Shown: piece by piece, positions 46,794 to 56,287 of the stretch
How positions within the stretch are numbered: position 1 is the first letter of the stretch
How the letters are laid out: each line of letters begins with the position of its first letter
NCBI GenBank assembly: GCA_944377805.1
Contig: CALWFZ010000005.1
Span: 50,697-114,696 of the forward strand
Direction of reading: 5' to 3'
DNA length: 64,000 nt
Source of the DNA: an uncultured Mediterraneibacter sp.
GTDB lineage: Bacteria; Bacillota; Clostridia; Lachnospirales; Lachnospiraceae
Made by a program: the position numbers and the translations under genes
The notes under the pieces: generated by a model
The model's input: the letters and a program-made list of their open reading frames with translations, nothing else
The model's database searches: none
Told to the model about the DNA's origin: nothing

Positions 46794-47767
46794 AAACGAA
46801 AACATATTACAGAAATATACGGAAACTGCTCATAATGGTTGTGCTGGCAGTGCTGGCGTCCACGGCATATATGCTGGTGAATGTGAACTTTGACAATGAG
46901 AGACTGTTTGCGTACGCGCTGCAGATACGGACTCCGAAACTGATCGTTATGGTGATTACAGCATTTGCCATCGGAGGAGCATCGCTTGTATTCCAGTCGG
47001 TGATCAACAATACGATTGTTACGCCGTGCCTGTTGGGAATGAACTCTCTCTATACGCTGATACATACCGGAGTTGTATTCTTTGCGGGCTCTGCCAGCAT
47101 ACTGGCGAACAACGCCAACATCTCGTTTGCCGTGGATCTGGTCATCATGGGGGTTACAGCGACTCTGATCTATGGATGGCTCTTTAAAAAGACGAATTAT
47201 AATGTGCTGTATGTACTGCTTATAGGTACGGTGCTGACCTCGTTTTTCTCGAGCATTCAGTCCACTCTCACGAGAGTGATGGATCCGAATGAGTATGACA
47301 ATCTCCTGAGTACTCTGGTGGCCAGCTTCACTAATGTAAACTCGGAGATCATCATCTTTTCGGTGATCATACTGGCGCTGCTTGTCTTCGTGCTCAGAAA
47401 AGATCTGGCTCTTCTCAATGTGATAACACTCGGAAGGCAGCAGGCCATTAATCTGGGCGTGGATTATGACCGGACGATCCGAAGGCTTCTGCTTGGAGTG
47501 ACGATCTGTATAGCCGTGGCGACGGCGATGGTGGGGCCGATTTCATTTCTCGGACTGATTATTGCTAATCTGGCGAGGCAGCTTATGCAGACGTTCCGCC
47601 ACGGCCAGCTTATCCTGGCCAGCGCTCTTTTCGGTATGATCGTGCTGGTAGGCGGACAGCTCATCGTGGAACATGTTTTTACTTACGCTATACCGGTGAG
47701 CGTGTTTATTACAGTGGGAGGCGGAATTTATTTTCTGTACCTGCTGCTGACAAGACGGAGGGTTTGA
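46790..47767 (+). CDS. Iron-siderophore ABC transporter permease (FecCD family, YclO-like)
   Basis: The GTG start overlaps the upstream stop. Polytopic FecCD-type sequence. Confidence 0.85.
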   Translation: MKTKTYYRNIRKLLIMVVLAVLASTAYMLVNVNFDNERLFAYALQIRTPKLIVMVITAFAIGGASLVFQSVINNTIVTPCLLGMNSLYTLIHTGVVFFAGSASILANNANISFAVDLVIMGVTATLIYGWLFKKTNYNVLYVLLIGTVLTSFFSSIQSTLTRVMDPNEYDNLLSTLVASFTNVNSEIIIFSVIILALLVFVLRKDLALLNVITLGRQQAINLGVDYDRTIRRLLLGVTICIAVATAMVGPISFLGLIIANLARQLMQTFRHGQLILASALFGMIVLVGGQLIVEHVFTYAIPVSVFITVGGGIYFLYLLLTRRRV

Positions 47768-47770
47768 CAG

Positions 47771-48523
47771 GTGGTAATAAAGGAACTGACAAAGAAATAT
47801 GACGGGAAACCGGTAGTGGATTCGGTTTCATTTGAAATTCCGAAAGGAAAGGTACTCTCGCTGATCGGCCCAAACGGAGCCGGAAAGTCTACGGTTATGG
47901 GGATTATCTCCAGGCTGGTCGCAAGAGATGCGGGCCTGGTTGACTTTCACGGAAAGGACATCGGCCGGTGGAAGAGCAAAGAGCTGTCAAAGCGGCTTGC
48001 GATCCTGACCCAGAGCAACCAGATACAGATGAAGCTGACAGTACAGGAACTGGTTGCCTTCGGGCGGTTCCCGTACTCGGGAAACCGGGTGACACAGGAA
48101 GACAGAGAGATCATCGACAGAGCGATCGGATATATGGAACTGGAAGAGTTTAAAGACCGGTATATAGACGAACTCTCAGGCGGACAGCGTCAGAGAGCGC
48201 TGATCGCAATGGTCATCGCGCAGGACACAGATTATGTGCTCCTGGACGAACCGACAAACAATCTGGATATTTATCACGCCACGAATATGATGAAGATCGT
48301 TCGCAGACTATGTGATGAATTGGGGAAGACAGTAGTTCTTGTTCTCCATGAGATCAATTACGCGGCTTTTTATTCGGATTATATCTGCGCCTTTGTAGAC
48401 GGCAGGATCTCGAAGTTCGGAACAGTAGAGGAAGTTATGACGAAGGAGAATCTCTCGGAGATCTATAAGGTAGATTTTGAGATTCAGAAGATACAGGGGA
48501 AACCCTTATCTATATATTACTAA
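47771..48523 (+). CDS. Iron-siderophore ABC transporter ATP-binding protein (YclP/FatE-like)
   Basis: Walker A GPNGAGKST, signature LSGGQRQR, Walker B VLLDEPT. Confidence 0.9.
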   Translation: MVIKELTKKYDGKPVVDSVSFEIPKGKVLSLIGPNGAGKSTVMGIISRLVARDAGLVDFHGKDIGRWKSKELSKRLAILTQSNQIQMKLTVQELVAFGRFPYSGNRVTQEDREIIDRAIGYMELEEFKDRYIDELSGGQRQRALIAMVIAQDTDYVLLDEPTNNLDIYHATNMMKIVRRLCDELGKTVVLVLHEINYAAFYSDYICAFVDGRISKFGTVEEVMTKENLSEIYKVDFEIQKIQGKPLSIYY

Positions 48524-48612
48524 TTTAATATGGGCAGGCGCAGAAAGTGCTGGCGGCTGCCCCCATAAGAGAAACTGATGGTTTATATCGTGTGAAAAAG
48601 GAGAGAAAAACG

Positions 48613-49620
48613 ATGAAAAAAAGACTGATTACATTAATGCTGGCCGGCGCTATGGTATTTTCACTCGCAGCGTGCGGTTCTCAGGGAACAGCGGACAATG
48701 CTTCCTCGGAAGCGCAGGCGGAAGAGAGGACAGATGCTGCTGAGCCGGAGACAGTAACGATCACAAGCCTTGACGCAAATGGTGAGGAGACGGAACTGGA
48801 GGTTCCGTACAAGCCGGAGCGCGTGGCCATTCTCGATATGGCGTCGCTTGACATTATCGACAGCCTCGGAGAGGGAGACAGTGTAGTCGGCAGCGCGACT
48901 ACGACACTGGATTATCTTCAGGACTATGTGACAAATGAAGAAATATCGAATCTTGGAACAATCAAAGAAGCAGATCTGGAAGCTGTTATGGCGTGTGAAC
49001 CGGATATAATTTTTATCGGCGGACGTCTCGCCTCAGTATATGATGATCTGAACGCCATCGCTCCGGTAGTTTATCTGTCTACTGACGCAGAAAAAGGCGT
49101 TGTAGAGAGTGTGCGTGACAATGCATCTACGATAGCTTCCATCTTCGGCAAAGAGGATGAAGTGGACAGTCTGATGGCAGGTTTTGATGAGCGTATCGAG
49201 GCGCTGGTATCCTTTGCGGAAGGAAAGACGGCAATCGTAGGTCTGTGCACGAGCGGCGGCTTCAATATTCTCGGAAATGATGGAAGATGCTCCATTATCG
49301 GTAACGAGATCGGCTTTGAAAACGTAGGTCTTGACGCGAACGTAGATACTTCCACGCACGGAAACGAGGCGTCCTTCGAGTTTGTGGTTGAGCGCAACCC
49401 GGAATATATCTTTGTCATGGACCGTGACGCTGCGATCAATACAGAAGGAGCGCAGCTTGCTCAGGAGATCGTGGAAAACGAACTTGTTATGGGAACAGAC
49501 GCTTACAAAAACGGCCATATCGTATATCTGGAGCATCCGGCAGTGTGGTATACGGCTGAGGGCGGAATCAACGCGCTTGACATTATGCTGCAGGATCTGG
49601 AGGGAACTCTGCTGCAGTAA
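48613..49620 (+). CDS. Siderophore-binding lipoprotein (class III SBP, YclQ/FatB-like)
   Basis: Lipobox FSLAAC after MKKRLITLMLAGAMV. The sequence is FhuD/FatB-like (PERVAILDMASLDIIDSLG). RBS is AAAGGAGAG. Confidence 0.85.
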   Translation: MKKRLITLMLAGAMVFSLAACGSQGTADNASSEAQAEERTDAAEPETVTITSLDANGEETELEVPYKPERVAILDMASLDIIDSLGEGDSVVGSATTTLDYLQDYVTNEEISNLGTIKEADLEAVMACEPDIIFIGGRLASVYDDLNAIAPVVYLSTDAEKGVVESVRDNASTIASIFGKEDEVDSLMAGFDERIEALVSFAEGKTAIVGLCTSGGFNILGNDGRCSIIGNEIGFENVGLDANVDTSTHGNEASFEFVVERNPEYIFVMDRDAAINTEGAQLAQEIVENELVMGTDAYKNGHIVYLEHPAVWYTAEGGINALDIMLQDLEGTLLQ

Positions 49621-49649
49621 GCTGTTATAATCGGGATTTATATTATGAG

Positions 49650-49686
49650 AAAAGATCCGGTACAAAAAAGTGCCGGATCTTTTTTG
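49650..49686 (+). terminator. Rho-independent terminator of the siderophore ABC operon
   Basis: AAGATCCGG / CCGGATCTT 9-bp stem with a 12-nt loop, then TTTTT. Confidence 0.75.
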
Positions 49687-49761
49687 TGACTGCATCCGGA
49701 GTTCTACACGTTTTGACTGACAGTGTTATAATGGAACTGATTGAGAACGGAGGGAATATTT

Positions 49762-50184
49762 ATGAGATTATTTCTGGCTATATTGGGAACTCTTGATATT
49801 TTTGTATTTGGGGCAATGCTGTTCTTTTACATAACTTTACTAAGAAAAGGGGAACGGCATTCGGCCGAGCTGGTTGAGATTAGTGACGGTAATCTTCTGG
49901 GGAAAACCACATACCGTCACACAGTGCGAGTCCGCTTTATACGCCAGGGAAATGAATGTGAAACAGAAACGCTGACAGCTTTTGCATCTTTCTTTTTCCC
50001 GAAGCGGAAGGCTGTTAAACTTCGGAAACGTTATCAGGGGAAAACGGTACATATTGTTTATAATGCCCAAAAGCCATCCCGGACATTGATATTAGAATGG
50101 ATTTGGAGAGATTTTCTTTTATGCGCAGCATGGCTTGCGGTAGGCCTTTTTATTGTATTAGCAGCAGTCTTTGAGTGGTTTTGA
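49762..50184 (+). CDS. Membrane protein (two TM flanking a beta-rich domain, DUF3592-like)
   Basis: RBS is GGAGGG. The N-terminal TM is FLAILGTLDIFVFGAMLFFYI and the C-terminal TM is FLLCAAWLAVGLFIVLAAVF. Confidence 0.55.
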   Translation: MRLFLAILGTLDIFVFGAMLFFYITLLRKGERHSAELVEISDGNLLGKTTYRHTVRVRFIRQGNECETETLTAFASFFFPKRKAVKLRKRYQGKTVHIVYNAQKPSRTLILEWIWRDFLLCAAWLAVGLFIVLAAVFEWF

Positions 50185-50205
50185 ATAGTGATGGGATATA
50201 TATGA

Positions 50206-50769
50206 AGTCACCGACAAATCAGAATTAGTGAGGAATATTCTGATATTGAAACGGCGGGATTATCTGAAGCAGAGATATTTGAAAAATATATAAAATATCG
50301 GTATGGATTAGCGCCAGATTTTTTGGAATGTAAATCTACAAATTGCGGAAATAATATCACATATCTTTTAGACTTACTTAAAGAAAATGAAGTTCCTTTT
50401 AACAGCATTATTATTTCGCAAGACGCTACAATGCAATATCGTATGGAAGCAGGTTTAAGGAAGTATGTAAGCAGCAATATTAGAATCATTAATTATACTG
50501 TTTATTCGGCAAAAGTCATTGTAGATAATTTTTCATTGGCATATGAAAAAGAAATTAGGGGAATGTGGGATATAAACAGATATATTAGTCTTCTCATGGG
50601 AGAAATTCCAAGATTATCGGATGATGAAAATGGTTATGGGCCGAATGGTAAAGACTTTATTGCTCATGTGGATATACCATCAGAAGTTAGAAAAGCGTTT
50701 GATGAATTGTGTAATAATTATTCGGGATTAATCAGAAAAGCTAATCCTTTATATGCGTTAAGTAAATAA
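50206..50769 (+). pseudogene. 5'-truncated YdcF/DUF218-family gene
   Basis: The frame is open from the stop at 50203-50205 with no plausible start or RBS. The translation GLSEAEIFEKYIKYRYGLAPDFLECKSTNCGNNI matches the mid-domain SEAE...E-x-S-x-NT-x-EN pattern. The N-terminal part of the domain is missing. Confidence 0.5.
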
Positions 50770-50804
50770 ATTCCCATCTATTGAGGAAATAAATGAACCG
50801 ATAA

Positions 50805-50897
50805 ATCTATTGTATCCATAAGGAAACGCTGTTTCGTATATGCGAAGCCCTAAATTGCGGTATTTTGGATGTGATTAAGTTGGAACAGGACGATTAG
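50805..50897 (+). pseudogene. C-terminal fragment of an XRE-family HTH gene
   Basis: The translation ...ETLFRICEALNCGILDVIKLEQDD* resembles the end of Cro/C1-type HTH_26 proteins. An in-frame stop lies at 50802-50804 and there is no start. Confidence 0.45.
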
Positions 50898-50994
50898 AAA
50901 CACAGCAAAAAGTATATTGCTAGAAGCGCAGAGAACAGAAATGACTTCCTGCGCTTTTCCTATACTTCGATTTATAAAAAGGTATTCTTCCATC

Positions 50995-51048
50995 TTGACA
51001 AAATGTAATGAGTGCATTGCAATGTGTATGTAATCAACTCATTACATT
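50995..51048 (+). promoter_or_regulatory. Promoter with a perfect 12-bp inverted-repeat operator upstream of the XRE gene
   Basis: TTGACA at 50995-51000. AATGTAATGAGT (51002-51013) and ACTCATTACATT (51037-51048) are exact reverse complements. Confidence 0.6.
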
Positions 51049-51061
51049 TTGGAAAGGAAAG

Positions 51062-51271
51062 ATGACTTTGGTATGGAATAGAATTAAAGTGCTAAGGGCT
51101 GAAAGAGATTGGACACAAGCAGATTTGGCCGATAAGGTTGGGATTTCTCGGCAAGCGGTTATATCGATAGAAAAATATAAATATACCCCTTCTTTGGAGT
51201 TGGCTTTTAAGATTGCAGAAGCCTTTGGTGTTTCTATTGATGAAGTTTTTGAACATAGGGAGGACAAATAA
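51062..51271 (+). CDS. Small XRE-family HTH transcriptional regulator (69 aa)
   Basis: NRIKVLRAERDWTQADLADKVGISRQAVISIEKYKYTPSLELAFKIAEAFGVSIDEVF. RBS is GGAAAGGAAAG. Confidence 0.85.
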   Translation: MTLVWNRIKVLRAERDWTQADLADKVGISRQAVISIEKYKYTPSLELAFKIAEAFGVSIDEVFEHREDK

Positions 51272-51272
51272 T

Positions 51273-51587
51273 ATGAATGAACAAAACATTCTTTTGATTT
51301 TTCCTGTTGCGGCATTAGCTGTAACTTTGGGATTGTATTTCTTAAAAGCCAAAAAACAAATGCAATATAAAGGTGATGAACGCTGGAAAATGATAAAGAA
51401 TAGAATTAAGGAGTATCGAGCCAAGTATGACATGAAGCAAGAAGACTTGGCAAAGTTAGTGGGCGTTCGCAGAGAAACCATAGGGAATTTAGAAAAAGGC
51501 AGATATAATCCATCACTGGTATTAGCGTGGAACATAGCAAAAGTTTTCAATGTTTTAATCGAAGATATTTTTACTGTAGAGAATTAA
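51273..51587 (+). CDS. Membrane-anchored XRE-family HTH protein (N-terminal TM fused to a paralogous HTH)
   Basis: TM segment ILLIFPVAALAVTLGLYFL, then NRIKEYRAKYDMKQEDLAKLVGVRRETIGNLEKGRYNPSLVLAWNIAKVF. RBS is GGGAGGA. Confidence 0.7.
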   Translation: MNEQNILLIFPVAALAVTLGLYFLKAKKQMQYKGDERWKMIKNRIKEYRAKYDMKQEDLAKLVGVRRETIGNLEKGRYNPSLVLAWNIAKVFNVLIEDIFTVEN

Positions 51588-51692
51588 ACATCAGCCGCCC
51601 ACCGGCGGCACCACCGAGCAGGAAATCCCGAAAAGAGGTTCCCTGCTCTTTTTATGCCCGGACGCCGGGAGAACGGAGGACACTACTTGCCA

Positions 51693-51785
51693 TGCCCTCA
51701 CTTTGACTTGAAAATCATCCAGCGAAGCAAGCTCCAGTCAGCCGTTGCGTCTGCCGCCTGCCAGAGCGGGGAACGGCTGTTTCCC
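51693..51785 (+). pseudogene. N-terminal remnant of a MobA/MobL-type relaxase gene
   Basis: HFDLKIIQRSKLQSAVASAACQSGERLF resembles the conserved relaxase N-terminus (H-x-x-x-K-I-I-x-R-x-x-G-x-SAVA-x-AAY-x-x-GE-x-L). It sits in a GC-rich patch inside the AT-rich island. The ORF then continues into unrelated sequence. Confidence 0.5.
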
Positions 51786-52045
51786 GAGCTTGTCAATCCT
51801 GTGTTTACGGCTAACGGTGACAATGTGAAAGTAAGTGTTGCGGTGAAATTCATTGATAATCAGACAAAGGCGACACAGGTATCACAATATGAGCTGACGC
51901 TTCATAAGGATAGCAACTGGAAGATGTAAATCTATTTACGGTTGATAGGATAATTGTTATAATAGCTCATAAGAGTCTACGAAACAGTTATCTATAGAAT
52001 CTGTAATTAAATCAACTTTTGTGATGTAAGGAGATAAATGTAATA

Positions 52046-52726
52046 ATGAAAAAAACAGTTTTGGTTTTAGAAGATGATGTTGATTTAGCAGAGGGAATAG
52101 AATTATCTTTGCAAAGCGAAGAATTGAATTTTGTAATATGTTCTACGATTGCAGAGGCAAGGACAGTTATATCTAAACAAAAATTTGATTTAATGATTTT
52201 TGACATCAATCTTCCTGATGGTAGTGGATTAGAATTTTGTCGTGAAATTAAGCAGAAAGTATCAATTCCGATTGCTCTGCTTACCGCAAAAGATATGGAA
52301 TTAGATATTGTAAAAGGGCTTGAAAGTGGTGCAGATGATTACATTACAAAGCCTTTTAGTTTGATGGTGCTTCGCGCCAGAATCAGAGCTTTGCTTAGAA
52401 GAAGCCCTGCAAGGAATGAACCGGAATACAAAGATTCTATTTTTCTCTTTCGCTTTGAAACAATGGAATTTTATAAAAACGGTATACCGATAGAATTAAG
52501 TAAAACAGAACAACGAATATTATACCTTTTAATATCAAATCCAAATATAATTATAACTAGAGAACGATTATTGGAATGGGTATGGCCTGAGGGAACGGAA
52601 TATGTGGAAGATAATGCCCTATCCGTTGCTATAAGACGGCTAAGAGATAAACTGGAAGATGATTCTTCCAACCCAAAATATATTAAAACCGTATACGGAA
52701 AGGGTTATATGTGGGAGAATTTATAA
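52046..52726 (+). CDS. OmpR-family response regulator (BceR/VraR-context type)
   Basis: The receiver domain reads VLVLEDDVDLAEG...FDINLPDGSG, followed by a winged-helix output. Confidence 0.9.
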   Translation: MKKTVLVLEDDVDLAEGIELSLQSEELNFVICSTIAEARTVISKQKFDLMIFDINLPDGSGLEFCREIKQKVSIPIALLTAKDMELDIVKGLESGADDYITKPFSLMVLRARIRALLRRSPARNEPEYKDSIFLFRFETMEFYKNGIPIELSKTEQRILYLLISNPNIIITRERLLEWVWPEGTEYVEDNALSVAIRRLRDKLEDDSSNPKYIKTVYGKGYMWENL

Positions 52727-53644
52727 ATGAATATATATGTTTTGTTGATTTTTGCCGTCATTCTAAATATTATACTTTTCTATCTGATAATCCATTGGTA
52801 TAGGAACAAACTGTTGACTCAATATCAAAATTTCCTTGATAAAACAGACAAGATATTAAGCGGAAAAAAGATAGACCTTTCTTATGATGAATCGCTGGAT
52901 TCTGCGATTTCTGAACGTCTCAATCGGATTATGGAAATATCTTATATGCAAAAAGAAATTGCTGAGGGAGAAAGGGATATTGTAAAATCTTTGATTACGA
53001 ATATCAGCCATCAGATTAGAACACCTCTTGCGAATATCACTTTATATACAGGTCTGCTCAAAGAACGGATAAATGATCCAAAATCCACCCGGCTGGCAGA
53101 CAAAATAGAAAATAATGTAAGTAAATTAAATTTTTTTATGAAAGAGTTACTTAAATCTTCTTATGCTGAGCAAGAGATTATCTCCGTGTCGCCTAAAATT
53201 GTTGACTTAGATACTGTGATTAAAAAAAGTTGTCAATCTGTAGAATTAGACGCAATGAAAAAAGAGATTCAGCTTATTTCAAAATATCATACCTGTAAAG
53301 TATATGCTGATTTAAAATGGACAGAGGAGGTTTTTACAAATATCCTTGAAAATGCGATAAAATACTCTCCTAATGGAGCGACTGTAACTGTTCAATCTAT
53401 TTTATATGAATCTTTTGTTTGTGTTCAGATTGTTGATAATGGTATCGGTATTCCAGAAGAAGAACAGGGAAAAATATTCCAAAGATTTTACAGGGGTTCA
53501 AATGTAACAGACAAGCAGGGCTTTGGAATCGGATTATACTTAGCCAGAGAAGTATTAAGAAAACAGCAGGGATATATAAAAGTAAAATCCACATTGAATA
53601 TAGGAACAACTGTCGAGGTTTTCTTATCATGTGAAGATTTCTAA
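52727..53644 (+). CDS. Intramembrane-sensing histidine kinase (BceS-like, no extracellular domain)
   Basis: Short hydrophobic N-terminus, H-box ISHQIRTPLANI, and N and G boxes (NAIKYSP, DNGIGIP, GFGIGL). Confidence 0.85.
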   Translation: MNIYVLLIFAVILNIILFYLIIHWYRNKLLTQYQNFLDKTDKILSGKKIDLSYDESLDSAISERLNRIMEISYMQKEIAEGERDIVKSLITNISHQIRTPLANITLYTGLLKERINDPKSTRLADKIENNVSKLNFFMKELLKSSYAEQEIISVSPKIVDLDTVIKKSCQSVELDAMKKEIQLISKYHTCKVYADLKWTEEVFTNILENAIKYSPNGATVTVQSILYESFVCVQIVDNGIGIPEEEQGKIFQRFYRGSNVTDKQGFGIGLYLAREVLRKQQGYIKVKSTLNIGTTVEVFLSCEDF

Positions 53645-53763
53645 TTAAATGAATCAAGGCTTTTTTCTCAATCTTGAATTGTGTCAGAAGTGTCACTTTT
53701 AAGAAAGATTTGAGAAAGAAGTCTTTGTTATTATCAGAACAAACAAAGAAAGGAAAATAAAAA

Positions 53764-54438
53764 ATGAATATTCTATCAGTTAGAAATCTTAAAAAATATT
53801 ATCATATGGGAGAAAACACGGTAAAGGCATTGGACGGTATAGACTTGGATATTAAAAAGGGCGAATTTCTGGCGATTGTAGGAACGTCAGGAAGTGGAAA
53901 ATCCACATTATTGCATATGCTTGGAGGTTTGGATAATCCTACTTCTGGTGAAGTGTTGATTGATGGAAAAGATATTTCCAAATTGTCCCGTGATGAATTA
54001 ACGATTTACAGAAGAAGAAAAATTGGATTTGTTTTTCAAAATTATAATCTTCTTCCACTTATGAATGTATATGAAAATATTGTACTTCCGATTAAGCTGG
54101 ACGGAGTTAAGCCAGACGAAGATTATATTGAAGAAATACTTCGATTATTAAAATTAGAGAGTAAGAAGTATTCTATGCCTAATCAATTATCCGGCGGACA
54201 GCAACAAAGAGTAGCATTGGCAAGAGCATTAGCAACCAAACCAGCAATCATTCTTGCTGATGAACCGACTGGAAATCTTGACAGCCGGACAAGTCAAGAT
54301 GTTTTAGGTTTGATGAAAATATCCAGCCAGAAACTGGCGCAAACAATTGTGATGATAACACACAATGATGAAATTGCTCAAATGGCAGACAGGATTATCC
54401 GCCTGGAAGATGGTAAAATCGTGAAAGGCGGTGAGTAA
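53764..54438 (+). CDS. ABC transporter ATP-binding protein (MacB/BceA type)
   Basis: Walker A GTSGSGKST, signature LSGGQQQR, Walker B ILADEPT. Confidence 0.9.
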   Translation: MNILSVRNLKKYYHMGENTVKALDGIDLDIKKGEFLAIVGTSGSGKSTLLHMLGGLDNPTSGEVLIDGKDISKLSRDELTIYRRRKIGFVFQNYNLLPLMNVYENIVLPIKLDGVKPDEDYIEEILRLLKLESKKYSMPNQLSGGQQQRVALARALATKPAIILADEPTGNLDSRTSQDVLGLMKISSQKLAQTIVMITHNDEIAQMADRIIRLEDGKIVKGGE

Positions 54439-54439
54439 A

Positions 54440-56242
54440 ATGCTCAAAGTCAATAATAAAAAAGTAATAAATGACCTTGCGAAGACAACATACTCCGCAC
54501 ATAAAAAGAGAAATATCTTGACGATTATGGCTATCGTTCTGACAACTTTCTTAATATGTACAGTAATATCTATTGGATTGACTTATTGGGATACGATAGC
54601 ACTTCGTCAACAAAGAATGCAGGGCATGGATTATGATATAGAATTAACAGAGCCTAGAAACGATCAAGTGTCTGCAATCCGTAAAATGGAAAATGTGAAG
54701 TATGCAGGACTTAGCGTGAAATGTGCAGTTTTGTCTAAATATGAAGATAAAGAATTAGATAAGATAAGATTATTTTGGTTAGACAATACTTGTTGGGAAA
54801 AACAGACAATTCCTGCTTTAGATTATTATAAAGGTAAATATCCACAAAAAGAAAATGAGATTATGCTTTCGAAGAGTGCTTTGAATTCTATGGGGATTAA
54901 AAATCCTAATGTAGGCATGGAATTGCCTTTGATGTATCAAACTTTAGCAGAAAATAGCGATAACGGAGATACAGCAAAGACGTTTATACTGAGTGGCTGG
55001 TTTCTGGATTATTCAGGAACAGATAAAGGATATGTTTCAGAAGACTTTTATCGAACAACAGGAGTTTTACAAACAGATTTGACGCAGGGAGAATTAAAAA
55101 TCTCTCTTAAAAATCCGCTTTATTCCAAGGGTGATATTACAGAAATGCAGAATCAGATTAACATATCAGGAAATCAAATTATTGAAGCGGATTATGATAC
55201 GATTTCAAACTTCTGTAAAACAATTATCGGGCTCTTTGTGTTGCTGTTGCTTATTTTTATAAGTGGATATCTGTTTATTTATAATACGTTGTATATTTCT
55301 GTTAATAGAGATATACGTTATTATGGACAACTCAAAACAATCGGTACTACTTCTATCCAGATTAGAAGAATGATAAATAAACAGGTATTGTGGAACACGA
55401 TAATTGGAATCCCTATGGGATTGATTTGTTCTGTCGTAGTAGGAAAGATTGTAATACCACAGTTATTACACGCCCTTAATCCATCAATTATGCCAAATGA
55501 TGTTGAAGCGGTATCGGTGTGGGTATTTATCATAGCTACCGTATTTTCTTTTGCGACAACAGTAATCAGCAGTCAGAAACCTGCAAAAATAGCTATGAAC
55601 TGTTCTCCTATTGAAGCTTTAAAATATATTGGAGATTCTCCTTCAAATATGAAAAGTAAAATTAGAAATGGTGGCAATATACGCTCAATGGTGAGGATAA
55701 ATCTGTTCCGTGATAAGAAACAATTTTTTGTTATCATGTGTTCTCTGAGCTTGGCATTGTCGTTGTTTCTGATTATCAATGTCGTTATTTATGCGAATAA
55801 TGCAGCGAATATCTTAAATCATTCCTATGATTATGATTTGATGATTTTGAATCAGACTTTACTTTCTGATAATGAAGAACAGGTTATTACACCTGAGCTG
55901 ATTAAAAAGGTAAAACGAACAGAGGGTGTAGAAGATGTCAGAGTTTTAGAATCAGCAACCGCAGTAGTGCCTTATCAGGAAGATGTGTACGGAGAATATT
56001 ATAAAGAATTGTATCAAAAGGCAAAGAAAGAACACGGAAAAGCAGAACTGCTTCCAAAGGTTTCAGCTCATGTTATGCGACACACAGCCTGCACAAGAAT
56101 GGCGGAGTGCCGTATGGACATTAAGGTGTTGCAGTACATCATGGGACACGCTCATTTTGATGTGACTATGGAAGTGTATAACCACTTGGGCGACAGGGCA
56201 AGGGTTGAAAACGAGATAGCAAAGCTGATAGTATGGCAGTGA
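54440..56242 (+). pseudogene. Chimeric ORF: truncated FtsX-family ABC permease fused in frame to the C-terminal about 74 aa of a tyrosine recombinase
   Basis: The FtsX/MacB-like sequence has a TM1, a large extracytoplasmic domain and 3 TM. A second module then breaks off. From about 56018 the sequence is KAKKEHGKAELLPKVSAHVMRHTACTRMAE...LQYIMGHAHFDVTMEVYNHL (integrase R-H-x-x-R...Y region), with a GC jump at the same point. Confidence 0.65.
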
Positions 56243-56248
56243 ACTTCT

Positions 56249-56287
56249 GACACCAGAAAAGAAAAAATTGGTGTCAAATTGGTGTCA
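56249..56287. repeat. Three copies of TGGTGTCA (one inverted, two in an 11-bp tandem AATTGGTGTCA) next to the integrase remnant
   Basis: TGACACCA at 56249-56256. AATTGGTGTCA at 56266-56276 and 56277-56287. Confidence 0.7.

Noticed and set aside
51654-51929. 91-aa track ORF as a real gene
   Set aside because: The translation is a chimera of read-through leader, a relaxase N-terminal remnant and the tail of an unrelated small protein, with a composition break at about 51785.
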